A stretch of DNA of 20,744 nucleotides from a bacterium. GTDB taxonomy: Bacteria > Zhuqueibacterota > Zhuqueibacteria > Oceanimicrobiales > Oceanimicrobiaceae. The DNA lies in assembly GCA_046757165.1 (NCBI GenBank), contig JBHHXT010000076.1, positions 1-20,744 on the forward strand, written 5' to 3'. A model generated the notes under the pieces. It was not told where the DNA came from. It saw only the letters and a program-made list of their open reading frames with translations, and ran no database searches. The translations under genes and the position numbers were made by a program. Shown here piece by piece: positions 1 to 11,192 of the stretch. The first letter of the stretch is position 1; every line of letters starts with the position of its first letter.

Positions 1-2184
1 GTGATTTTGTATGAGATGCTTGCTGGCGAAAGGCCTTTTGAAGGGGATTATGACCTCGTTGTTTTGTATTCGATTCTGCATGATGACCCGAAATCGCTGC
101 GCGACTGTCGTCCTGACCTTCCCGGGCCGCTGGAGAATCTGGTCTTAAAGGCCTTAGCAAAGGAGCCCTCGGATCGGTATCAAACAGCAGACGAGCTACG
201 AGACGACCTGAGAGCGGGTCAAGGCGGCCGCGCCAACATTTCTCCACCTGCAAAGCCTCGACTCAGAACTTCGTTCTCCCTGTCTTTGACAGGCCGCAGA
301 TGGATGGCGTTGGGAAGTGTGGCCGTCTTTGTTCTTATTTTCTTGCTGCTGTTCATCATGCGTCCTTTTGGCGAAAGCCGTGGCCAGATGCATTCAATTG
401 CAGTCATGCCTTTTTCCTACGAGGGTGAGGAGGATGACTGGCGCTGGCTTTCTGCGGCGGCGACGGATTTGATCAACAGCGAGCTCGAGCGCTATCCGTC
501 TGTCCAGGTATTGAGGGCACAAAAGCGGCTCCAGGTCATGCGGAAACTCGGAATAGAGAGTGAGAAGCTCGATCGGAGTTCCGCGCTGAAAATAGCGAGT
601 GCAGCGAACATGAGTTCTGTTCTGGTGGGCGGTTTGAGAAAACAGGGGGATAGTATCCGGCTGCAGGGCCAGATACTTGCCACCGACACTGGCAAGCTAA
701 TAGAGGAGCTAGAGCCGGTCGAAGACGAACACATTAGACTGCATGAATTAGCCGGCACGTTCTCTTCACGTCTGGTGAAATGGATGAAGGTTGAGATCCC
801 AAGCGAGTCGAGAGCGAATCGTCCAGGCACCCGCGCGCCTGTGTCGCTGGACGCCCTTCGCTATTATATTGAAGGCAGAGATGCGGCTTATGACTTACGA
901 TATGCTGAGGGGATAGCAAAGCTCAGCAAAGCAATAAGCCTGGATTCTACTTTCATTAGACCCTACTATTTGTTGGCGTGGCAGTATGAAAGCATCGGGA
1001 ACAAAGCCAAGGCAAAAGAAGTCCTGACCAGGGGCAAACCCCATATTGCCAATCTCCCCCTGGACAAGCGCCTGGAATATCTTTGCCAGGAAGCAAACAT
1101 CGAGGACCGCTGGCAAGATTATGCCAACTATCTGGAGCAGTTGCTTCGTCTGCGTCCCGGAAAGGCATCTCTTCATTTTCGCTACGGCATGACGCAATAC
1201 ACCCACTTTCGGAATGTCGATGCCGGCATTGCTGCGATGCAGAAATCGCTGCAACTGGATTCAACCTACAGTTACGCTTATAACGCGTTGGGTTACGCCT
1301 ACCTGGCCCGAGGGGACAAAAAGAAAGCTGTGGAGATGCTGCAAAAGTATGTTGCCTTAAAGCCGAGCGGTGTCAATCCTCTCGAGTCCCTGGCCGAAAT
1401 ATTCGAGCTGATTGGTCGCTACGATGAGGCGATTGCGCTCTGTCAGCGCATCAAAGCGCTCCAACCGGATTTTCCATATCTGCCAATCCGGTTGGCCAGG
1501 GTTTATATCTCACTCGGTAGATATGCCCGGGCGCTCGAGGTGTTGGACGAGTCTGTTCCGCAAAGCCCAAAGTTTGAATCCATCGCTCAGTCCCTGCGCG
1601 CTGAATTGTATTTTCGCCGCGATGAATTTGAGAAGGCACTTGTGTTCGCTGTGCAGGCGATCACACTGGACCCTGGCAATCTTGACGGGCATTGGATGCA
1701 TGGCAGAATTCTGCTGCGATTGGGAAAGGAGGAGGCCTTCAAGAAGGAGCTTGCATTGCTGAGGCGGGCAGTGGAGAAAAAACGGAGTTTGAAGAACCGG
1801 TGGTTGCTCGACCATCTGGAGGGGGAGTATGCCCATCAGCGAGATGATTTCGGCCGGGCCATCGAATCGTTTCAAAGTGCCCTTGGCCTGATGCCTTTGG
1901 ATCGGTCTTTTTATCGGGCAGCGCTTGCAAATGCTTATGTCAAATCTGGCCAGCTGAACAAGGCCGTGGCACAGTACAAATTAGCGACAAGATTCAATCC
2001 CAACGCCGCTCAGGCGTGTTTTGAATTGGCCCGTACCTATGAACACCTGGGGAACCTCTCGAAGGCTTCCCGTTACTACAAAAAAGTGCTCGACATTTGG
2101 TCTGACGCAGATAAGGAGATCAAGCAGCTCGTGGCAACAAAAAAGAAAATCGCAACATTTGAGCTGAGCTCGAAAGAAAGATGA
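1..2184 (+). CDS. Membrane-anchored Ser/Thr protein kinase with TolB-N-like domain and TPR repeats (5'-partial)
   Basis: Begins inside kinase subdomain IX-XI (VILYEMLAGERPF...KALAKEPSDRYQ), so the true start lies upstream of the window. Followed by a TM helix (WMALGSVAVFVLIFLLLFIM), a SIAVMPF TolB-like motif, SLDALRYY and many TPR helices (AYNALGYAY, ACFELARTY). Confidence 0.93.
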   Translation: MILYEMLAGERPFEGDYDLVVLYSILHDDPKSLRDCRPDLPGPLENLVLKALAKEPSDRYQTADELRDDLRAGQGGRANISPPAKPRLRTSFSLSLTGRRWMALGSVAVFVLIFLLLFIMRPFGESRGQMHSIAVMPFSYEGEEDDWRWLSAAATDLINSELERYPSVQVLRAQKRLQVMRKLGIESEKLDRSSALKIASAANMSSVLVGGLRKQGDSIRLQGQILATDTGKLIEELEPVEDEHIRLHELAGTFSSRLVKWMKVEIPSESRANRPGTRAPVSLDALRYYIEGRDAAYDLRYAEGIAKLSKAISLDSTFIRPYYLLAWQYESIGNKAKAKEVLTRGKPHIANLPLDKRLEYLCQEANIEDRWQDYANYLEQLLRLRPGKASLHFRYGMTQYTHFRNVDAGIAAMQKSLQLDSTYSYAYNALGYAYLARGDKKKAVEMLQKYVALKPSGVNPLESLAEIFELIGRYDEAIALCQRIKALQPDFPYLPIRLARVYISLGRYARALEVLDESVPQSPKFESIAQSLRAELYFRRDEFEKALVFAVQAITLDPGNLDGHWMHGRILLRLGKEEAFKKELALLRRAVEKKRSLKNRWLLDHLEGEYAHQRDDFGRAIESFQSALGLMPLDRSFYRAALANAYVKSGQLNKAVAQYKLATRFNPNAAQACFELARTYEHLGNLSKASRYYKKVLDIWSDADKEIKQLVATKKKIATFELSSKER

Positions 2185-2218
2185 AGGACGACAAATCATA
2201 GGAAAGGAGGTGATTGTC

Positions 2219-2371
2219 ATGGTCAAAGCAGCGGAGGAAAAGAAAACAGGGATCTGGGCACGGATCACGGCCTTGTTCTCAAAGAAGGACGGACAAAAAG
2301 AAAGGACTGAGCAGAAGGCCCAGAAGAAGAGCAGTAGAGCACTGCCCTCAAATCCACCCCCCGACCCCTAA
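2219..2371 (+). CDS. Putative 50-aa small protein MVKAAEEKKTGIWARITALFSKKDGQKERTEQKAQKKSSRALPSNPPPDP
   Basis: Translated by hand. ATG at 2219 is preceded by GGAAAGGAGGTGA (2201-2213), TAA is at 2369-2371, and it starts 34 nt after the kinase stop. Below the ORF-track length cutoff. Confidence 0.7.
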   Translation: MVKAAEEKKTGIWARITALFSKKDGQKERTEQKAQKKSSRALPSNPPPDP

Positions 2372-2401
2372 TCCGTTCACGTGGTGTTGTCGATATGGGG
2401 C

Positions 2402-2470
2402 CACACGGATCAAAAAACCACACGGATTTCGCGACCAAGACATTTTCCGCGTGGTTTTTTGATCCGTGTG
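2402..2470. repeat. 25-bp inverted repeat (REP-like palindrome, possible bidirectional terminator)
   Basis: CACACGGATCAAAAAACCACACGGA (2402-2426) versus TCCGCGTGGTTTTTTGATCCGTGTG (2446-2470): 1 mismatch, 19-nt loop, located between convergent genes. Confidence 0.85.
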
Positions 2471-2596
2471 AAATATTTTGCTTTTCCCTGCCCGCGGGGC
2501 CATATATACGGGGCGAAGAACCCAAGTCTATACTTGGTGTCTTTGTGGCGAAAGTTCATGAATTGTGCCGGCAAAAAACCGGCTCATCATCTCTCG

Positions 2597-4504
2597 CTAC
2601 TTCATGGCCGAAACCGTCTCCGAAAGAAGGGCCCGTGCCCGGTCCGAAGCGGGATCCAGCTGCAGCACTTTATTGAAGTTTTCTTTGGCTTTGACTAGAT
2701 TCTCTGCCCGGTAGCTAAAATAGCCGGAACCCAGATATGCCCTTTTGTCATCAGGATAGTGCGCTTTCATATCCTCCAAAACAGAGACTGCCGCTTGCGG
2801 GCCGTCTTCGAAATAGGCGCTGATCGCCTGAACCAGAAATCTTTCCTTTTCTGGCGTGCGCTCGAGGTATTCCAGGGCCTTGTTCAAAGGCTCCTTTGCC
2901 AGTTGTTCCTGCGGCGTGCCAATGTGGATGTAGGCCAGGAGCGCGTACGCGAGTCCGAAAGTCGAGTCAATTTCGATCGCTTTGTTGAGCTCTTCTCGTG
3001 CCTTCTCGTCTTGAAGCTTGTACCAGGCGTCCTTTGCACGTGAAAAGTGGTCGAACGCTTCCAGGTTGTTCGTGATGACGGTGGCGACTGCTGGACTCCT
3101 TCTCCCGGTATCAATGTCATCGACCTTCAAGCCTTTATGCGTTTTCTTCGACAGCCGGTCTATCATTTTGGGGATACTCTTTTTGCCTTCGCCGTGTTCG
3201 ACGGCGGCGAACAAATGTTGGTCCGCAACCGGATCGATGACTCTCAGATCGATGGTATACAGGTCGTCAAACTTGCGAATCGACACCACCGCCAGTGCAT
3301 TCACCTCTGCAAATGCGCAGATCTCCCTGGCGATCGGTTCGTTGATGAGACCGACGTTGCCGGCGCCGCGTGCGCTCCGTATTTGTTTGAGGATATCAAA
3401 CATGCGTGAGCGTGTCAAAACGGAGAGCCGGCGGGACTGCTCCAAAGCCGTGATCAGCATTTCAGACAGGCCGTCTAATTCTTTGTCGTTGGTTTTGTTG
3501 TTGAAATCCGCCACCGCGATGGGAATGGGGTGCGGTTCACTGGCCTGTTTGAGAAACCAGGCTCCCGCGAACACAATCATAAGAACGGCCAGCAGGACGA
3601 GCGTCCTGAAGAGATGTTTTCTCTGTGACGTCGGCGAATCAGAGGAGAGCGCGACGGTGGAGCGATCTTGATAGGACAAATCTGACAAAGATTGTCTCTT
3701 GACGCGTCTCAGATCCGCCAGCATCTCGTCAACGTGTTGGTAGCGTTCATCCACGCGCTTGACCAGGGCCTTGTCCAGGATTCCTTGCAGATGCGGCGGA
3801 AGGTCAGGACGCAGCGAGGTGAGCGGCTGCGCCTCCTTGTTCATGATGGCATACAAAACCGCCTGCTCGACCTCCCCTTGAAAGGGCAAGTCCGCGGTTA
3901 GCATTTCATAGAGAGAAACCCCGAAAGACCAGATATCCGTGCGTCTGTCCAACTCCTCCCCCCTCACTTGTTCGGGTGACATGTAGGTGGTTGTCCCGAA
4001 CCTGACGCCGGCCTGCGTGTGCAGGCTCACTTGTGCCATCTTTGCCAGGCCAAAGTCGACGATCTTGAGCACGTCATTTTTGGCGAGCATCAAGTTCGCG
4101 GGTTTGATGTCTCGATGCACAATGGACATGGCATGCGCCTCGGCCAGTCCCTGCGCGATTTGGATAGAGAAATCCAGGGCCTGCTCGACCTTCATGGGTC
4201 CGCGTTCTATCTTTTTTCTCAGCGTCTCGCCCGCACAATAAGCCATGACAAAAAACATGCGCCCTTCATCAGTTTCCCCGATGTCGTGTATTGTGCAGAT
4301 ATTGGGATGGTCCAGCACTGATAACGCCTGAGCTTCGTTGATGAATCGTTTCCGTGCCCGGGCTTTTCGAGTCAAGTCCAGGGATAAGAACTTGATCGCG
4401 ACAGTTCGTTTGAGTTTGGTATCTTTGGCTTTGTAAACGGTCCCCATGCCCCCTTCGCCAATTTTCTTCTGGATCTTGTAGTGGTGGATGGTCGAGCCAA
4501 TCAT
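2597..4504 (-). CDS. Membrane-anchored Ser/Thr protein kinase (Hanks type) with TolB-N-like domain and TPR repeats, 635 aa
   Basis: Complete motif set GEGGMGTVY, VAIK, HRDIKPAN, DFG, GTTTYMSPE, DIWSFG. TM helix LVLLAVLMIVFAGAWFL, then IAVADF and TPR-like helices. Start placed at MIGSTIHHY (ATG at 4504, upstream CAGGTG). Confidence 0.95.
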   Translation of the reverse strand: MIGSTIHHYKIQKKIGEGGMGTVYKAKDTKLKRTVAIKFLSLDLTRKARARKRFINEAQALSVLDHPNICTIHDIGETDEGRMFFVMAYCAGETLRKKIERGPMKVEQALDFSIQIAQGLAEAHAMSIVHRDIKPANLMLAKNDVLKIVDFGLAKMAQVSLHTQAGVRFGTTTYMSPEQVRGEELDRRTDIWSFGVSLYEMLTADLPFQGEVEQAVLYAIMNKEAQPLTSLRPDLPPHLQGILDKALVKRVDERYQHVDEMLADLRRVKRQSLSDLSYQDRSTVALSSDSPTSQRKHLFRTLVLLAVLMIVFAGAWFLKQASEPHPIPIAVADFNNKTNDKELDGLSEMLITALEQSRRLSVLTRSRMFDILKQIRSARGAGNVGLINEPIAREICAFAEVNALAVVSIRKFDDLYTIDLRVIDPVADQHLFAAVEHGEGKKSIPKMIDRLSKKTHKGLKVDDIDTGRRSPAVATVITNNLEAFDHFSRAKDAWYKLQDEKAREELNKAIEIDSTFGLAYALLAYIHIGTPQEQLAKEPLNKALEYLERTPEKERFLVQAISAYFEDGPQAAVSVLEDMKAHYPDDKRAYLGSGYFSYRAENLVKAKENFNKVLQLDPASDRARALLSETVSAMK

Positions 4505-4814
4505 GATTGACACCTGTTTCGATGAGGGTGAAAATCCCCGAGAGAGAGCTGCGATGAGCAAACCCTCAAATTGTCAGTGAAATAGATATTTCCGAGCTGA
4601 GTATCAAAGATTGTTCAGCATCTCACGGTGAGGTCCAGATAAGATGAGACTTTGGACAAAAAGATTCAAGGAATAAATTTCGGGATCGCGAATATGCGCA
4701 AACGTACGGAATCGATCAGGGCGCAGCCAGAGATAGATTCAGGGACCATTGTGGGGACGGTTCTGCATTTGCGGGTGGCGTTGCGATAGAGACTATATCC
4801 GAGCTATGCCGCCA

Positions 4815-4937
4815 CTATTTCCTGAGCGAAGATCGTTCGTTGCGTTTCGACCGGTGGTAAAGGTAGTTGATGACAATTGCCACAAGAACCGCACCCGCTG
4901 TAAAGGCGGACATCGCGATGAAATATGGGTCAATCAT
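4815..4937 (-). CDS. 40-aa single-pass small membrane protein MIDPYFIAMSAFTAGAVLVAIVINYLYHRSKRNERSSLRK
   Basis: AAGGAG 7 nt upstream of ATG 4937. Hydrophobic helix followed by a basic tail. Confidence 0.65.
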   Translation of the reverse strand: MIDPYFIAMSAFTAGAVLVAIVINYLYHRSKRNERSSLRK

Positions 4938-4951
4938 AGTACTGCTCCTTC

Positions 4952-5110
4952 TTATTTCTGCTGACCAGCTTTCCAGAGGAAATACAGACCAAGAGCCAGC
5001 ACAACGCAATAATTCAGAAAACCAACCAGGATATTCCGAATTGTCCGAAACTCCGGCTCAAAAGCAAATCGCAGATTTCCTCCGATAAAGAGGCCGGCTG
5101 CGATGGTCAA
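4952..5110 (-). CDS. Putative ~52-aa hydrophobic membrane protein (TTG start, possibly a frameshifted remnant)
   Basis: Hand translation LTIAAGLFIGGNLRFAFEPEFRTIRNILVGFLNYCVVLALGLYFLWKAGQQK*. Two hydrophobic segments. Its stop abuts the SD of the 40-aa ORF. Start uncertain. Confidence 0.45.
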   Translation of the reverse strand: MTIAAGLFIGGNLRFAFEPEFRTIRNILVGFLNYCVVLALGLYFLWKAGQQK

Positions 5111-5289
5111 ATAATTGCCATTTCCTTAATTAAAATCCACATTCGAGCATAATGAAACGTTGATCCAAAGTCAAGTTGAGAATCCAACAGCTCAACAGTC
5201 GTTAGAGATGCGCAATGCTTTCCCCACAGGAGGTCTCGGCACTGGCATTCCTCTCGAATGGATGTTCCTGAATCTTTAAAACTTTTCTA

Positions 5290-5318
5290 TTGACAATGAC
5301 CCCTGAATTCCTTATCAT
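5290..5318 (+). promoter_or_regulatory. Sigma70-type promoter
   Basis: TTGACA (5290-5295), 17-nt spacer, TATCAT (5313-5318), about 30 nt upstream of ATG 5350. Confidence 0.75.
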
Positions 5319-5349
5319 TAGCGCTGTTTATTCAGGACAATGTCGCTAT

Positions 5350-5706
5350 ATGCACCTCAAAACGGAACCGATTGTCGAGTCTGAGCTTGTTCTCATCCAC
5401 CTAGAAAACAAGCCCGCCTTCTATGGACGGGTAGAAAAGATTTCACCGGATGTGAAGCCAAAGTGGTGGCGGGTAAAGTTCCTGTTTCTGACCTTTCCCC
5501 ATCAAATCACGACCTGGATAATCGACGACGAGCAGATACGTGGCGCTGATTTCACCATGGCCGGGACGCCGATTCGCATTGAGAGGGTGGTTGTCCCCGA
5601 AGATGAGTCACCCGGAGAGGCTTTCGAAACGAAGGAAGGGGCACAAGATCCGCTGGCCACCAGAAAAGCGCGTGTGTTATCTTTGGGAAACAAAATCAAG
5701 AAGTAA
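5350..5706 (+). CDS. Hypothetical beta-rich soluble protein, 118 aa
   Basis: Protein-like composition (VLIHLENKPAFYGRVEKISPDVKPKWWRVKFLFL...FTMAGTPIRIERV). The ORF-track TTG start lies within the -35 box, so ATG 5350 is preferred. Confidence 0.75.
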   Translation: MHLKTEPIVESELVLIHLENKPAFYGRVEKISPDVKPKWWRVKFLFLTFPHQITTWIIDDEQIRGADFTMAGTPIRIERVVVPEDESPGEAFETKEGAQDPLATRKARVLSLGNKIKK

Positions 5707-5842
5707 CCGTTTGTTCCGAATTGTCCATAATCAAAGGGAGTTTGTCCGCACGTAAAGCCAGGGGAGGTGGGCAACAAGACAAATGAAGGTTCACCCGCAG
5801 CGCCACTTTCACATTTTGCCGCGCTAAATTTTTTGTCCTGAC

Positions 5843-6493
5843 ATGTCGCAGATTTTTCATCCGAGTACCAACACATTTTCGAAGGTGACGATTTTTGGGG
5901 GGGTGTTCATCCTGGCCGCCGGACTTTGGGTGCTTCTGACGGTTGAGCGTTCCTCCTATGTCACGCAAGCCAAGGTCGTGCGTGAACAGCCGGTGCCGTT
6001 TAGCCATCGCCATCACGTGTCACAATTGGGTATCGATTGCCGTTACTGCCACACCGCGGTTGAGGAGAGCAATTTCGCCGGCATTCCCCCCACCAAAACC
6101 TGCATGACCTGTCACTCTCAGATTCATGCCACTGCCAAGATGCTGGAGCCGGTCAGGGAAAGCTGGCGAAGCGGCAAATCGCTCGAATGGGTTCGGGTGC
6201 ATGATTTGCCTGACTTTGTCTATTTCAACCATAGCATTCATGTCAAGAAGGGCGTCGGCTGTGAGACCTGCCACGGGCCGATAGGAGAGATGGCCCTGAC
6301 CTGGCGTGAGCATTCTTTGAATATGGAGTGGTGTCTGGAGTGTCATCGTTCGCCGGCAAGGTTCGTGCGCCCGCGCGAGCGGGTCTTCAAAACCGGTTGG
6401 GAGCCGGCCATCGAGCAGAAACTCCTGGGCCAGAAACTGGTCGGCGCCTATGAGATCCATCGCCTCACCAACTGTTCAATTTGTCATCGATAA
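5843..6493 (+). CDS. actA: Alternative complex III pentaheme cytochrome c subunit ActA
   Basis: N-terminal TM helix, QPVPFSHRHH, five CxxCH motifs (CRYCH, CMTCH, CETCH, CLECH, CSICH), LPDFVYFNHSIH, and operon context. Confidence 0.93.
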   Translation: MSQIFHPSTNTFSKVTIFGGVFILAAGLWVLLTVERSSYVTQAKVVREQPVPFSHRHHVSQLGIDCRYCHTAVEESNFAGIPPTKTCMTCHSQIHATAKMLEPVRESWRSGKSLEWVRVHDLPDFVYFNHSIHVKKGVGCETCHGPIGEMALTWREHSLNMEWCLECHRSPARFVRPRERVFKTGWEPAIEQKLLGQKLVGAYEIHRLTNCSICHR

Positions 6494-6513
6494 TATCGAT
6501 AATATCAAAATAA

Positions 6514-9491
<2,978 letters not shown>

Positions 9492-9492
<1 letters not shown>

Positions 9493-10868
9493 TGGCAGAA
9501 CAACTCTTAGAAAAAAAACCGCGCCGCCCCACGACCCGAATGATCGAGCCCGGCCATTCGTATGGCTCCATCACGGACAAGATCAGCAGTATCGTACTGA
9601 CCCGCAAAACGCCCCTCACCTGGTTCATCGGGTTTGGCATTTCCTTTTTGTTGCTGATGGTGTTCCTGAGCTCCACGGCTTATCTCCTGATGAAGGGCGT
9701 GGGCATCTGGGGGCTCAACGTGCCGGTGAGCTGGGGGTTCGCGATCATCAATTTTGTCTGGTGGATTGGAATCGGGCACGCCGGGACGTTGATTTCGGCC
9801 ATCTTGCTGCTTTTGCGGCAGGAGTGGCGCACCTCGATCAACCGGTTTGCGGAGGCGATGACCTTGTTTGCCGTGGCCGCAGCCGGCATGTTTCCCCTTC
9901 TGCACATGGGGCGACCGTGGCTCTTTTACTGGCTGCTGCCTTATCCCAATACCATGGCACTCTGGCCGCAATTCCGCAGCCCTCTGGTCTGGGATGTGTT
10001 TGCCGTCAGCACCTACGCCATGGTCTCTTTGTTGTTCTGGTATGTGGGGCTGGTCCCCGACTTTGCCACCTTGCGCGACCGCGCCAAGAATCGCACGGCG
10101 CAAATTATCTACGGCATGCTGTCTATGGGCTGGCGGGGCTCTGCCATTCACTGGTATCGCTACGAAACGGCTTACTTGCTGCTGGCAGGTCTGGCGACGC
10201 CGCTGGTGATTTCCGTGCATACGGTGGTCAGCTTTGATTTTGCCATGGCCATCGTTCCCGGCTGGCACGCCACGGTTTTTCCGCCCTACTTTGTGGCCGG
10301 CGCGATTTACGCTGGCTTTGCCATGGTCCTGACGCTCTCCATCCCCTTGCGCAAGTTCTACGGCCTGGAGGATTTCATCACCATGCGCCACTTGAAGAAT
10401 ATGGCCAAGGTGATGCTGGCGACCGGCATGATCGTGGCTTATGGGTATGCGATCGAGGCGTTCACCGCCTGGTACAGCGGGGCGGAATACGAGGGATTTA
10501 TGATGCTGAACCGAATGACTGGACCGTACAAATGGGTCTTCTGGTCGTTGATGCTGTGCAATGTGTTGGTGCCGCAGCTCATCTGGTTCGGTAAGATTCA
10601 AAACAGCGTCGTCGCGCTTTTCATAATCGCCATGTTCGTCAACGTCGGCATGTGGCTGGAACGCTTCGTTATTGTCGTGACCAGTTTACACCGCGATTAC
10701 TTGCCGTCGTCCTGGGGCATGTACTCTGGCACCATGTGGGATTGGGCGACTTATATCGGAACCATCGGGTTGTTCTTGACCCTGATGTTTGTGTTCTTGC
10801 GGCTGGTGCCGACCATTTCAATCTTTGAAATGCGAACACTTGTCACAAATGGAGAGCACGACGCTTAG
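9492..10868 (+). CDS. actC: Alternative complex III quinol-oxidising membrane subunit ActC (NrfD/PsrC family)
   Basis: NFVWWIGIGHAGTLISAIL, WRTSINRFAEAMT, SPLVWDVFAV, SVHTVVSFDFA, GWHATVFPPYFVAGA. Multi-TM, overlaps the actB stop (TAATG). Confidence 0.95.
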
Positions 10869-10883
10869 GGCCTGTGCAGTATT

Positions 10884-11079
10884 AATTCGTGTTTGACCGA
10901 AAACCATGAAACGTTTCCAAAAGTGGTGTCATTGCGAACCCGTTGTTCAGGGTAAGGAATCTGTCAACGAAAATTTGGACATTAAAAAACAAAACCTTAA
11001 GGGCAATTAGTCTGTGCATTGACAGATTTCTCCCGTTGGTCGAAATGACAGCGACGGCGTTTTCGGTCAATCACTAATT
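10884..11079. mobile_element. ~196-bp MITE/REP-like palindromic element between actC and actD
   Basis: 21-bp terminal inverted repeats (10884-10904 / 11059-11079, 2 mismatches). Nested stems TGTCATTGCGA/TCGAAATGACA and AATCTGTCAA/TTGACAGATT. The right end recurs at 19127-19144. Confidence 0.7.
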
Positions 11080-11192
11080 CGGCATTTTGAAGTGCAATAG
11101 TAACATTGAATCGTAGCCTCGACCCCTTGTGGGTCGCTTCTCCGAGGATATTGAAATTGCAAGCGCGAGCCAAGCAAGCTTGAGGAAAGAAG

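Noticed and set aside
2214..2698. ORF-track entries 2214-2462, 2381-2698, 2395-2676 and 2265-2525
   Set aside because: They run through palindromes with non-protein-like sequence. The SD spacing fits ATG 2219 in another frame, not TTG 2214.
5783..5827. 14-aa upstream ORF MKVHPQRHFHILPR in frame with actA (leader peptide or readthrough)
   Set aside because: GGAGG is 15 nt from the ATG, there is no attenuator structure, and ActA has a normal N-terminus at 5843.
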